From NCBI GenBank assembly GCA_900319975.1, contig ONQP01000003.1, forward strand, positions 13,257 through 77,256: 64,000 bases of DNA, read 5' to 3'. Shown here piece by piece: positions 28,916 to 38,703 of the stretch; the first letter of the stretch is position 1; the number at the start of each line of letters is the position of its first letter. The position numbers and the translations under genes are program-made. Below the pieces are notes generated by a model. It made no database searches, was not told where the DNA came from, and was given only the letters and a program-made list of their open reading frames with translations. The stretch is from an uncultured Bacteroidales bacterium (GTDB lineage Bacteria > Bacteroidota > Bacteroidia > Bacteroidales > UBA932).

Positions 28916-31900
28916 TCAACGCAGGCGGATGCGGCTCTGCGGCACGTTGAAACCGCTCAGGACGAGCTCCGGTCGCCCCGCGCAGTCCTCTTTGCGGACC
29001 CGGACGGCGACAGTGCGGCGCTCGCCGGGCATCAGGAAGACGTAGTTGTCGGAGTAGTGTACCGGCAGCACCAGGTCGCCCGTCTTCGGGTCCACGGCCT
29101 TGAGGCGGACCATCAGGGCCGGCGTGTCCGTGTCGTTGGCCAGCGTCACGTCGAAGCGGAATCCGTCCGCGTCGGCCGTGCGCCGGGCCGTGGCCTTCAG
29201 CGGCGCCTGGCCGAGCTGCCGCAGCGCCCGGAAGTTGCCTTCCTGCAGGCCGCGCCAGTAGAAGTTCTCGGAGAGCGTCTGCCCGTCGGTGCCGGTCAGC
29301 TTCAGGCGGATGAAGTAGACCGCGGAGAGCGACTCCGGCTGCCCGAGCGGGAAGCAGCTGACCGTGCTGTCCTCGGCGAGGTCCAGCCGGCAGGATTTGC
29401 TCCACACCTCGCGGCCGTCCATATTGACCAGCTGCGCGGTCGCCTGCAGGCCCTTGCGCCCGCCGGCGTGGTAGTTGACGGCCTCGACAGAGCCGGTGGC
29501 CGGATTCCATTGGATGTGGAGCGGCTCGCAGGCCTTCTTGCTGCCGAAATAGGCGGCCGTCGGCTCCAGGTAGTAGTCGTAGGTCTGCCAGACCAGCGAC
29601 GGCCAGGCCGGGTGGCTCATCCACAGCAGCATGCCGCGGCGGTGCTCGCTCCGGCTCTCGAAGATGGCGCGGTAGCCGTCATAGACGATCCATTGCGAGA
29701 GCTCCGCAAACTCCTGAGCGTCAGCAGGTTCGCCGAATGCCGTGGTGAGCATCCCGTTGAAACTCTCCGCCGCCTGGGCCGAAGAGGCGCCCGGGATGCC
29801 GCCGAGGGCGTAGTCATGCAGGCCGTACAGCCCGTTGGGATGGGCGGCCGTGTTGACCGGGTTTACCCGGTCTTCGCCCAAGGCGCGCACGAGGTTCTCG
29901 TAGTTCATGATGGCCGGCATTCCGCGCTCGCTGTGCATCTTGTCGTGGCCGTAGAGGCGGAAATAGTTCTTCGGGGGCATGGCCCGGTACGGGCCGCCGC
30001 CGCTCACCGTGCCGGCCGCGGAATTCGGGATGTAATACAGGCCCGGATGCTCGCGCGCGACCAGCTCTTTCAGGTAGCCGTCGATCTCCGCCGGCGGGTT
30101 GCCTTCGTTGCGGCCCACATAAATGGCGATGGAGGGGTGGTTGCGGATCCGCCGGACATACTCCCCGGCGATCTCGTTGAAGCGCCTGGAATCGGCCGGA
30201 TTTGGCCCGTCATAGGGGTTCGCGAGCCAGAAGTCCTGCCAGACCATCACGCCGTGGCGGTCGCAGGCCTCGTAGAACTCCTTGTCGGCCGTCATGCCGA
30301 CCCAGTTGCGGATCATCGTGAAGTTCATGTCCGCGTGGTAGCCCACCGCGATGTCGTACTCGCGCCCGCGGTAGTTGAGCAGCAGCTCCGGGAAACCCCA
30401 GTTGCCGCCGAAACCGATGAAGCGGCGGCCGTTGACATAGACGCTGAGGCGTTCGTTCCGGGCGCCGGGGAAGATGCCCCAGGGCGAGGCGACGGTGGGC
30501 TCATACTCGTCGACCGAGAAGTCCATCTGGCGCACGCCGCTCTGGAAACGGACCTCGTCGGAGGTCTGCCCGTCGGCGACGAAAGCGAGGCGCACGTCGT
30601 AGAGCGCCTGTTCGCCGTAGCCCCTGGGCCACCAGAGGCGCGGGTGGTCGAGCCGCAGGGCCGGAATCTCCGCCGGCGAGAGCTCGACGCGCTGCGTTTC
30701 GCCTGCGGCGAGCTCGCGCGCCACGGCGAAGCTGACCTCGCCGAACGAGCCTTCCAGGGTACCCGAAACGGGGCGGTCGGAGTGGTTGACCAGGGTCACG
30801 GACGCAAATACGCTGGCGGAAGTCGTGTCCGGCAGCGGCAGCTCGGTCCGCACGAACGGGTCGGCCAGGCTGACGCCGCCCTTGTAGGTCAGGTAGACGT
30901 CGTCCCAGATGCCGATGTCGCGGCCGCGCACGGTCGGGATCCAGTCCCAGCCGATGGTCGCGTGCATCGTGGGGTTGTCGGCGCCCACCACGCCGCCGTT
31001 CTGGTCGGTGCTCCAGGCGGTCTGCTCCTTGATGGCGCCGTAGTGCACGTTCGGGTGGATCTGCACCGCGAGGTCGTTGCGGCCCTCGCGCAGGAGGCCG
31101 GTCACGTCGAATTCCGCCTCGCGGAACGCGCCCTCGATGCGGCCGAGCGCCTTCCCGTTCAGGAAGACGTCCGCCTCCCAGTTGATGCCGTCGAAATGGA
31201 GATATTGCCGCTCGGAGTCGGGATGCGCTTCAAAAGTGTCGCGGTACCAGAAGGGCGAGCGGAAATAGGAGTCTGACGCAAACAGCTGGTTGTCGGCGAA
31301 ATTGGGGTCCGGCACGGCGCCGGCGTCCACGAAGCTGCCGAACACCGTGCCGGGGACGGTGGCGGTCAGCCAGCCGCTGTCGTCGAAGCCCGGGGCGGAA
31401 ATGACCTCGCCCGTCGCCGCCGTCTCGGAGGCGCGGACAAGCCGCCAGGCGCCGCCGGAGAGGTCCTGGCGCGCTCCGTCGCGGCGGGCGGCCGCCTTCG
31501 GCGCCACCGCCGCTCCTCCGCGCCCGAACACCTCGAGCTCGGCGAGCTCGAGCGGCGCGCCGTCCACCGACCCGTCAAACTCTGCGCGCACATAGCGCCC
31601 GCGGACGGGCTGTTCCAGCGAGAGCGTCCCGAATTTCTCCGGGCTGCCGGCCCGCGCCACTTCCGTCCACGCCTGTCCGTCGTCGGAGACGGACACGCGG
31701 CCGGAAGCCGCCGGGTGCACCCAGTGGAAGACCAGCTTGTCGAACGACGACGGGAAGCCCAGGTCCACGCTGACCCATTCCTGCTGCCCGCCGGCGCTGC
31801 GCCAGGCGCTCGTGAAATGCGTGCTCGGAAGCACGTCGAGCAACTGCCCGTCCTTGTAGAAATTGACCGTGTTGAGATTGGCCTCCGTGGCGCCCGCCAG

Positions 31901-32536
31901 CGAGAATTCCAGGCGGAAATGCCCGCAGGCGCCTTTCTGGGCCAGGCTGAGCGCGCCCGAGAGCGCGCAGTCGGCCGGATAGCTGAAAGGCGAGTTCGGC
32001 CGGGCGAGCTCCAGCCTGCCGCGCGCCAGGACGGTCCATTCCGTCCCGTCCGCCGAGCCCAGGACCGTCACCGTCCCGGCGGCGCGCCTGTCTTTCGGGA
32101 CCGTCGCGCCGCCCAGGATCTCGATCCGGTCGGCCTCCACGGCCATGCCGGCGAAGTCCAGCTGCACGGTCGGCGCCGACAGGTCCAGCGGGACCTTCGA
32201 ATCCGGCTTGCCGTCGAGGAGCTTCTCCCGGTGGGCCTTCGCCACGGGTTTCCCGCCTGCCAGCAAGTCCACATAGCAGAGCGGTCCTTCGGTCAGGATG
32301 CCGTCCGTGACCAGCTGCGCCGTCAGGTTGTAGTCATAGCTGGAAGAATGGAATGCGGTCCTGTGGAGCGCCAGGTTTCGGTAGCTGTCGTCCCCCGGGA
32401 CGACGGCGCCCGCCGCCGACTCGTCCGGATCGCCCGGATACACGCCGATGCCCCGGGTCCGGCGCGCCTGCTCCGGAGAGCAGGCCGCCAGGCTCCCGGC
32501 GAGCACGCAGCACAAGAAGAGAGCAGTTCGTTTCAT
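28916..32536 (-). CDS. GH2 glycoside hydrolase (beta-mannosidase / exo-beta-glucosaminidase-like) lipoprotein with N-terminal discoidin (F5/8) domains
   Basis: Lipobox LAAC; GWDW, LWWP.GYG, GGNWG, RNHPSI..YVGRNEG (acid/base) and HSERG (nucleophile); EWVSVDLG discoidin motif. Confidence 0.88.
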   Translation of the reverse strand: MKRTALFLCCVLAGSLAACSPEQARRTRGIGVYPGDPDESAAGAVVPGDDSYRNLALHRTAFHSSSYDYNLTAQLVTDGILTEGPLCYVDLLAGGKPVAKAHREKLLDGKPDSKVPLDLSAPTVQLDFAGMAVEADRIEILGGATVPKDRRAAGTVTVLGSADGTEWTVLARGRLELARPNSPFSYPADCALSGALSLAQKGACGHFRLEFSLAGATEANLNTVNFYKDGQLLDVLPSTHFTSAWRSAGGQQEWVSVDLGFPSSFDKLVFHWVHPAASGRVSVSDDGQAWTEVARAGSPEKFGTLSLEQPVRGRYVRAEFDGSVDGAPLELAELEVFGRGGAAVAPKAAARRDGARQDLSGGAWRLVRASETAATGEVISAPGFDDSGWLTATVPGTVFGSFVDAGAVPDPNFADNQLFASDSYFRSPFWYRDTFEAHPDSERQYLHFDGINWEADVFLNGKALGRIEGAFREAEFDVTGLLREGRNDLAVQIHPNVHYGAIKEQTAWSTDQNGGVVGADNPTMHATIGWDWIPTVRGRDIGIWDDVYLTYKGGVSLADPFVRTELPLPDTTSASVFASVTLVNHSDRPVSGTLEGSFGEVSFAVARELAAGETQRVELSPAEIPALRLDHPRLWWPRGYGEQALYDVRLAFVADGQTSDEVRFQSGVRQMDFSVDEYEPTVASPWGIFPGARNERLSVYVNGRRFIGFGGNWGFPELLLNYRGREYDIAVGYHADMNFTMIRNWVGMTADKEFYEACDRHGVMVWQDFWLANPYDGPNPADSRRFNEIAGEYVRRIRNHPSIAIYVGRNEGNPPAEIDGYLKELVAREHPGLYYIPNSAAGTVSGGGPYRAMPPKNYFRLYGHDKMHSERGMPAIMNYENLVRALGEDRVNPVNTAAHPNGLYGLHDYALGGIPGASSAQAAESFNGMLTTAFGEPADAQEFAELSQWIVYDGYRAIFESRSEHRRGMLLWMSHPAWPSLVWQTYDYYLEPTAAYFGSKKACEPLHIQWNPATGSVEAVNYHAGGRKGLQATAQLVNMDGREVWSKSCRLDLAEDSTVSCFPLGQPESLSAVYFIRLKLTGTDGQTLSENFYWRGLQEGNFRALRQLGQAPLKATARRTADADGFRFDVTLANDTDTPALMVRLKAVDPKTGDLVLPVHYSDNYVFLMPGERRTVAVRVRKEDCAGRPELVLSGFNVPQSRIRLR

Positions 32537-32542
32537 AAGATG

Positions 32543-33718
32543 TTAACGGATGTCCTTGATGTCTTCGTAGAAAAGATAATGCGGGTTGGCCTTCAGCGCG
32601 CGGAGCAGGTCGTCCGGCTTGGGCATGCGCAGGAAGGCTTCGTAGCGCGCGCGGTCCTCGGGCGACATCTTCTTGAGCTGCTTGGCGGTCGGCGCCTTGA
32701 ACTGCGGCATCGGATGGCGCGGCGGCGCGTTGCGCCAGGTCAGCAGGTAGCTGCACTTGTAGTCCGCCAGCACGCGCTGGAGGCCGTCGCTGAGCGGGCC
32801 GCACTCGCTGAGCGCGAACAGCTTGCCGCGCTGGTCGGCCATCTCCGACAGGAAGTCGAAGGCGTTCTTGACGTTGCGTTCGAACTCCGCGCCGGAGCCG
32901 TACCAGTCGATCGACAGGAAGTCGCAATAGGCGTCGCCCGGATAGCCGCGCAGGAAGTCCTCGCGGGAGTACACTTTGTCGGTGTTGTACATGAAGATGA
33001 TGTTGTGCAGGCCCCGGCCGCGCAGGTAATCGACCGTGTAGCGGAACAGGGCGGCATACTCCTCGTCATAGCAGCGCCCGCGGCCCCACCAGAAGAAGCT
33101 GCCCGAATGCTCGTGGTACGGACGGAACAGGAAGGGAATGAGCTTGCCCTCGCTGTCGCGCCAGCTGAGGAAGAACTTGGTCAGCCGGTCCAGCCAGCTG
33201 TTGAACAGCGCGTGGTTGGCGCCGCCCGGCAGCACGCTGCGCACGGCGTTGAGCCCGTCGGCGGAGAGCATCTCCACCTCCCAGGCCGACCCGGCGCCGT
33301 TCGGCTCCTTGATGCCCGGCCACTGCGAAGTGATCGGATTGACCACGTGCCAGCTGACCGTCAGGATGCCGTCGCGCTCGTAGAACCATTTCGCCATCTT
33401 GCGGATCTGGGCGAAGGAGACCGAATCCAGGCTCCGGTCGAAGCCGAGCTCCAGCTCGCCGAGCTCGCAGCCGGCGATGGCCGGGAAGTCGCCCGTGGCG
33501 GCCTTGGTGTCGGAGTTGCCTTCGACCTCGAACCAGGTATTGCCGGTCAGCAGGTCGTCCTGGTGGCCGTACATGATGCCTTTCTGGCGGATCTTGTCGA
33601 GCCGCTCGAGCAGCTGGCGCGCCTCGGGCGTGGCCTCCGGATCGGAGGGCTGGATGGACTGTGCCTGCAGGGCGAAGGTCGCGGCGGCGCAGAGGAGGGA
33701 AAGAATGACTTTTTTCAT
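32543..33718 (-). CDS. GH26 beta-mannanase
   Basis: Signal peptide MKKVILSLL; YGHQDD, SWH, RPYHEHSGSFFWWG (acid/base), YPGD, DWY, ALSECG (nucleophile). Confidence 0.93.
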   Translation of the reverse strand: MKKVILSLLCAAATFALQAQSIQPSDPEATPEARQLLERLDKIRQKGIMYGHQDDLLTGNTWFEVEGNSDTKAATGDFPAIAGCELGELELGFDRSLDSVSFAQIRKMAKWFYERDGILTVSWHVVNPITSQWPGIKEPNGAGSAWEVEMLSADGLNAVRSVLPGGANHALFNSWLDRLTKFFLSWRDSEGKLIPFLFRPYHEHSGSFFWWGRGRCYDEEYAALFRYTVDYLRGRGLHNIIFMYNTDKVYSREDFLRGYPGDAYCDFLSIDWYGSGAEFERNVKNAFDFLSEMADQRGKLFALSECGPLSDGLQRVLADYKCSYLLTWRNAPPRHPMPQFKAPTAKQLKKMSPEDRARYEAFLRMPKPDDLLRALKANPHYLFYEDIKDIR

Positions 33719-33731
33719 TTTATACTTGCGG

Positions 33732-36700
33732 TTAATAGATTGTGGGAGATTCTTGTACAAAGACGCTTACGAAGCTTTCGGCCGGCATTTCGACGACCAC
33801 GCGGCCGTCCCGGACCGGCAGGCTGCGGGCCTCGGCGTGCTGCCGGGCATTGGTCACCAGCACGGTGGCCGACCGCGCCCCGGCGGGCAGCCCGGAGATT
33901 TCCGCCGCGCAGGCGGCGGCGTTGTTGACGACGTGCACGGCGCTCTGCCCGCGCGCCGTGTTGGCGAAGGCGGCCACGTTGACGTTGTCCTTGTCGCAGG
34001 CCGCCGGGATGGCGAACGCGTCCGCGGGCGTCAGGGCCAGCTGGCGGATGTTCCAGAAGCGCTGGGTCGGCCGGAGCGGCCCGTCGGAGCCGTAGATGCC
34101 GTCGCCCCACAGGAGCGAATAGTCGGAAGTCAGCTGCCACTGCAGGATGCTGAGCGGCTGGCAGATGGCGCAGAGGCGCGTGTAGAGGTTGATTTCGTAG
34201 AGCGCGAAGGTGGTCTCGTTGAAGATGCCGGGGTACTGGTGCGCCGCGGCGTCCGTGCTGCCTTCGCCCACGATCAGCGGCACGTTGATCTCGCGGGCGG
34301 CCGCCGCCCATTTCTGCAGCGTGGCGTCGTCGCAGCCGCGCCAGGAGTGGAAGGAAATCGCGCCCACATAGCGGCGCGCGGCCGGGTCGCGGAGCGTCGG
34401 CACGATGAAGTCGAAGGTGGTCGCGTCCGAATTGTCGCCCAGCAGCATCAGGGTCTTGAGCCCCCGGCCGGCCAGGTACGCGCCGAATCCCTTGATGAAG
34501 GCGCAGTGCTCCGCGGGCGTGTGGACGACGTCGATGCCGAGGTCGGACTCGTTGAACGAGAAATAGTCCGCCTCCACGCCGTACTCGTCGCGCAGGAAGA
34601 GCAGATACTCCGCCAGGGAGGCGTAGATGCGCTCCATTTCCTCCTCCTTGAGGGAGAAGGCGTACGCGGAACCGTCAGAGCGCGTGGTCAGCGTGCCCGC
34701 CCACATCGGCGGGAACCAGCAGCTGACGATTACGGGCATCCCGGCCGCCTTGAGGCGGCGGGCCATCGCGGCGCTGCGGCGGACGTGGTCCTCCGGATTG
34801 CCGCCGAAGCCGCGGAACGCGGGATTCTCCGCCTCCGGATGCCGGTAGCGGTCCCACTGCGACCAGGGCATCTCCACGCGCCCGAAAGCGACGCGCAGGT
34901 TGCGCAGGCAGTAATCGATCACGGCCGGGTCCTTCTGGACGTTCTGCAGGCGGAAATTGCCGCCGAATCCGGCAAATACGCGCCCGGGGTGCGCGAAATC
35001 CAGCGCGATGCGGGCCGGTTCGTGATGCGGCACGCCGGAGACCTTCATCACGGCGGAGAACGCCGCCTCGGCGCCTTCCGTCAGGCGCGGCAGGAAGGTG
35101 ACATAGAGCACCTTGTCGCCGTTCTCCTCCCGGACCATCGTCTTGACGGACTTATTGAAAGTCAGAGAAATATGGCGCTCCGGCGCGCTGACTTCGACCT
35201 TGCGGCCGGACGTCCTGATCCGGGCGTCGCCATAATACTTCGGGCTGAAAGCCATGCAGAAATAGGCGCCGCCTTCGCCCGCCTTGTCGGCCTTGACCTC
35301 CCAGGCGAGCTGCACCGTGGACAGGTCCACGTCGGTGACGTGCTGGGTGAAGGTCACGCCCTTGCGCAGCGGCGTGACGGTGGTCTGCGTGGCGCCTTCG
35401 CGGCTGTAGCGGATCCGCGCCTGCTTCTCGCGGCCGGAGGCCTCGATCTCGCCGCCCGGCACGCCGGCGCGGACCGACGACTCGAAGTCGATGAGTTCCC
35501 CCTCGCTGCGCACGCCCGTGATGTTGCTCCACGCCATCACTTCCGTGTGGACGGCGGGCCGCTCCAGGCGGCTGCGGAGCTCGAATCCCATCCGCGCGTT
35601 GTGGTACGGGCAGTTCCAGGTGCTGGCCTTGGGCCCGTAAGGCGTCTTGCCGTCGGGGGCCAGGTCCTTGAACCAGCCGCCGTTTTTGCGGTCGATGAAA
35701 TGGCCCTGGATGTATTCCCAGGTCTTCTCGGCCGCGTCGAAGTACTTCTGCTTCCCGGTGAGCTGCCAGGCGTTGATGCAGCCGATGACGGTCTCGCACT
35801 GCGGCCACCAGGACACGTTGCGGGCGTAGCCGCGGGCGTTGCGCTCATAGCGCATCAGCCCGTCTTCGGCGAGCCCCTCCGCGAGGGCGGTGTCCACCAT
35901 CGCGAGGGCCTGGCGGCGGACTTCGGCGACCAGCGCCTCGTCGCCCACGGCCTCCGCCGCCTCGCAGAGCAGCCAGGAGGTCTCGATGTCATGGCCGAAC
36001 GAGTCGGCCGTGTCCACCACGCCCCAGTCGTCGTCGCAGTAGAGGATCAGGTGGTGCGTCTTCGCGTCGTAGAGGTGCGTGCGCAGGATCTCCAGCAGCT
36101 CCAGGATGGCGTCCCGGACCTCCGGATCCGGCCAGGCGGCATAGAGGTTGGTGAACGCCTCCATCACGTGGATGTGGGTGTTCATTGTCTTGGAGGTTTC
36201 GCTGCGGCCGTCGATGCCCTTGGCCTCGGAGCGGGTCCAGTCCCGCGCGAACACCTCGAAATAGCCCTTCCGGACCGGGTCGTGGACCTTGTCCTGCAGG
36301 GTCCGGAAGAGGGCCTGGGCGGCGGCGAGGCTGCCCGGGTCGCCTGTCGCGCGGAAGTGCTCCGACAGGCCGTAGATGCCGAAGGCGATGGCGTAGGTCT
36401 GCTTGACGGTCTCCCGGGCGGCGCCTTCGGCGTCGACGGACCAGAAGACGCCGCCGTATCTGGGATCGATGAAATGTGCTTTATAATAATCTGCCGCGCG
36501 GTCCGCCGTCTCTTTGTAGGCGTCCAGCCCATAGATGCGGAAAGCGCGGGAGAAAGTCCAGAGGATGCGGGCGTTGAGGATGGCGCCCTTGTCCGAGCCG
36601 GGCAGCGGTGTGCCGTCGTTCATCACCGTGCCGTAGAAGCCGCCGTCGGGATCGACGGTGCGCTCCATCCAGAACGGGAGGATGTTTTCCGTCAGGTCGG

Positions 36701-36806
36701 CTTCGACGGCCCGGGCCAGCGCGGCGACAGGCTCCGCCGGCCGCGCTCCCAGGGCCGCCACCCGGAGCGGCAGCGCCAGCAGGATCAGCAATAGACGAAT
36801 ATTCAT
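33732..36806 (-). CDS. Cellobiose/mannobiose 2-epimerase (AGE family) fused to a C-terminal GH30-like clan GH-A hydrolase; signal peptide
   Basis: NILPFW, NARILWTFS, MNTHIH..E, FGHDIE.SWL, WWPQ.E, WNCPYHN.R; then GFGGN, FNES, FHSW, VGEG and a terminal beta-sandwich. Confidence 0.85.
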   Translation of the reverse strand: MNIRLLLILLALPLRVAALGARPAEPVAALARAVEADLTENILPFWMERTVDPDGGFYGTVMNDGTPLPGSDKGAILNARILWTFSRAFRIYGLDAYKETADRAADYYKAHFIDPRYGGVFWSVDAEGAARETVKQTYAIAFGIYGLSEHFRATGDPGSLAAAQALFRTLQDKVHDPVRKGYFEVFARDWTRSEAKGIDGRSETSKTMNTHIHVMEAFTNLYAAWPDPEVRDAILELLEILRTHLYDAKTHHLILYCDDDWGVVDTADSFGHDIETSWLLCEAAEAVGDEALVAEVRRQALAMVDTALAEGLAEDGLMRYERNARGYARNVSWWPQCETVIGCINAWQLTGKQKYFDAAEKTWEYIQGHFIDRKNGGWFKDLAPDGKTPYGPKASTWNCPYHNARMGFELRSRLERPAVHTEVMAWSNITGVRSEGELIDFESSVRAGVPGGEIEASGREKQARIRYSREGATQTTVTPLRKGVTFTQHVTDVDLSTVQLAWEVKADKAGEGGAYFCMAFSPKYYGDARIRTSGRKVEVSAPERHISLTFNKSVKTMVREENGDKVLYVTFLPRLTEGAEAAFSAVMKVSGVPHHEPARIALDFAHPGRVFAGFGGNFRLQNVQKDPAVIDYCLRNLRVAFGRVEMPWSQWDRYRHPEAENPAFRGFGGNPEDHVRRSAAMARRLKAAGMPVIVSCWFPPMWAGTLTTRSDGSAYAFSLKEEEMERIYASLAEYLLFLRDEYGVEADYFSFNESDLGIDVVHTPAEHCAFIKGFGAYLAGRGLKTLMLLGDNSDATTFDFIVPTLRDPAARRYVGAISFHSWRGCDDATLQKWAAAAREINVPLIVGEGSTDAAAHQYPGIFNETTFALYEINLYTRLCAICQPLSILQWQLTSDYSLLWGDGIYGSDGPLRPTQRFWNIRQLALTPADAFAIPAACDKDNVNVAAFANTARGQSAVHVVNNAAACAAEISGLPAGARSATVLVTNARQHAEARSLPVRDGRVVVEMPAESFVSVFVQESPTIY

Positions 36807-36835
36807 CTTCACGAATATAAACGATTTAAAATTAA

Positions 36836-36870
36836 TAAAAAACGGGGAGGAACCTCTCGGCCGCTCCCCG
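36836..36870 (-). terminator. Hairpin after susD (terminator or mRNA stabiliser within the PUL operon)
   Basis: CGGGGAG / CTCCCCG stem followed by a T-run on the minus strand. Confidence 0.65.
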
Positions 36871-36921
36871 GACCAATAAAACTGTTGAATCAACTAACCA
36901 AAAATAAACCAATCCTATTTA

Positions 36922-38682
36922 TTATTCATAGCCCTCATTCTGTTCGCACAAGGGGTTAGCTGTCAGTTCGGATGTCGGAATCGGATACCGCAGGTGGATG
37001 GGGTTCCAGTCCCAGTCACGCGGCGTGACCGGAATCATGTCGGCCCGCTCGTCCGCGGAAGCCTTGTCGTAAGGCTCGTTGAAATCGTTGCCGGACGGGA
37101 CATAATATTTGCCGGTCCTGGTGTTGTAGAAGGTCGCCTTGCCGTTCTTCGGGTACTCGCAGTCGAGCCACTCCTCGATGAGGTTCATGCGGCTGAGGTC
37201 ATACCAGAGGCTGAATTCGTACATGAATTCCTTGCGGCGCTCCTGCGTCAGGGCGACGACCCAGAGGGGGGACTTGTAGCCCTTGTCGGCCTTGTATTTG
37301 GCATAGACCGTCTGTGCGTCGGGCACCTCGACGACCTCGGTGTTGAGCAGCTCCGTCGGGAATTCGAAGGCGGAATTGCTGTTGGCGTTGGGGTCGTAGC
37401 CGACCTCCAGGTTGCCCCAGGCGCGGTTGCGCACCTCGGCGATGATCCGCCAGCCTTCCGCCTCTTCATTGGTGCGGAAGCAGCATTCGGCGTAGTTGAG
37501 CAGCACCTCGGTGTAGCGGTAGAGCTGCACGGAGTGGGCGCTGTACACGTCGTTGGTCTTCCACCACTTCAGACTGTGGTTGTTGGGGATGCCCTCACGG
37601 TCCTGGAAATACTTCTGGAATTCCGGCTTGCTGCCGATCACGTCGCCCGTGTAGGGGTTCGTGTCGCCGTAGGTGCCGTGCCAGCCGACGATGTTGTAGG
37701 TCCGGCGCTTGTCGCCGGGCTCGAAGGAGCGGACGAGCTCATAGGACAGCGGGGAGTCGCCCCAGCCGCCGTATTCGGCCGCCTTGGTCTGCATCGAGAA
37801 GTAGCGGTTGTCGTTGTTCTTGGCGAAAGACCAGATGTCCCAGCCCATCTTCGGGAACAGCGGGAAGGAGACCTCCCAGATGGTCTCGCAGCTCTGCACA
37901 TAATCCTGCCAGTGGATCATGCCGTGGACAGGGTTGAGCGAGCGGCCGCTGTGGTCGATGATGTCCTTGAGCTGGGTCTTGGCCTTCTCGAAGTCGCCGA
38001 TGTACATGTTGGCCTTGGCGGCATAGGCGAGGGCGCCGGCCTTGGTGAAGCGGCCGAGCATGCCCCCCGCGGGCTGCCAGTCGAGGTACTGCGCGGCATA
38101 TTCGAAGTCGTCGCGGATGGTCTTCCAGGCCTCCTCGTCGGACTCCGGACGGGCCTTCTCCGGCGAAGTGGCGTAGGTCTCGCCCGTCATCAGCATCGGC
38201 ACGCGGCTGAAGTTGATGGTCAGGTAGTAATAGGCGGTGCCGCGCAGGCAGCGCGCCTCGGACTCATAGATCTTGCGTGTCGCCTCCGGGACCACGTCGT
38301 CGGTGACGTTCTCCAGGTCGGCCAGGTAGAGGTTGGCGCGGGAGACCATCCGGTAGGAATACTTCCACGCGTTCTCGAAGAAGGCGGACTTGGATTCCAC
38401 GCCCCAGGCGTGCTTGGACATTTCCGCGTCCCAGCCGTCCGCCTGCAGGTCGAGGGTCGGCAGGTTGGCGAGCGCCGGATGCGGCTTGATGTAGTAGTCG
38501 GACGTGGCGTACAGGATGCTGTACACGCCGGTCAGGCCCATGAAGACATTGTCGGCGTCTTCATACACGCCGTCCGGGTTGACGATGGAGTAGTATTCGA
38601 CATCGAGGAACTTGTCCGAGCAGGAGACCGTCGCCGCGGCCAGGCCCAGGGCAAGCAGGGAATATATTGCTAACTTTTTCAT
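36922..38682 (-). CDS. susD: SusD/RagB family glycan-binding lipoprotein
   Basis: Lipobox VSC; EARCLRG.AYY.L, GR.TK..A, RY.EVLLNYAE, VR.RA, ERR.EF..E, YPIP..E...NP...QN.GY. Confidence 0.95.
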   Translation of the reverse strand: MKKLAIYSLLALGLAAATVSCSDKFLDVEYYSIVNPDGVYEDADNVFMGLTGVYSILYATSDYYIKPHPALANLPTLDLQADGWDAEMSKHAWGVESKSAFFENAWKYSYRMVSRANLYLADLENVTDDVVPEATRKIYESEARCLRGTAYYYLTINFSRVPMLMTGETYATSPEKARPESDEEAWKTIRDDFEYAAQYLDWQPAGGMLGRFTKAGALAYAAKANMYIGDFEKAKTQLKDIIDHSGRSLNPVHGMIHWQDYVQSCETIWEVSFPLFPKMGWDIWSFAKNNDNRYFSMQTKAAEYGGWGDSPLSYELVRSFEPGDKRRTYNIVGWHGTYGDTNPYTGDVIGSKPEFQKYFQDREGIPNNHSLKWWKTNDVYSAHSVQLYRYTEVLLNYAECCFRTNEEAEGWRIIAEVRNRAWGNLEVGYDPNANSNSAFEFPTELLNTEVVEVPDAQTVYAKYKADKGYKSPLWVVALTQERRKEFMYEFSLWYDLSRMNLIEEWLDCEYPKNGKATFYNTRTGKYYVPSGNDFNEPYDKASADERADMIPVTPRDWDWNPIHLRYPIPTSELTANPLCEQNEGYE

Positions 38683-38703
38683 ATTTGATCAACTATAAAG
38701 TGC

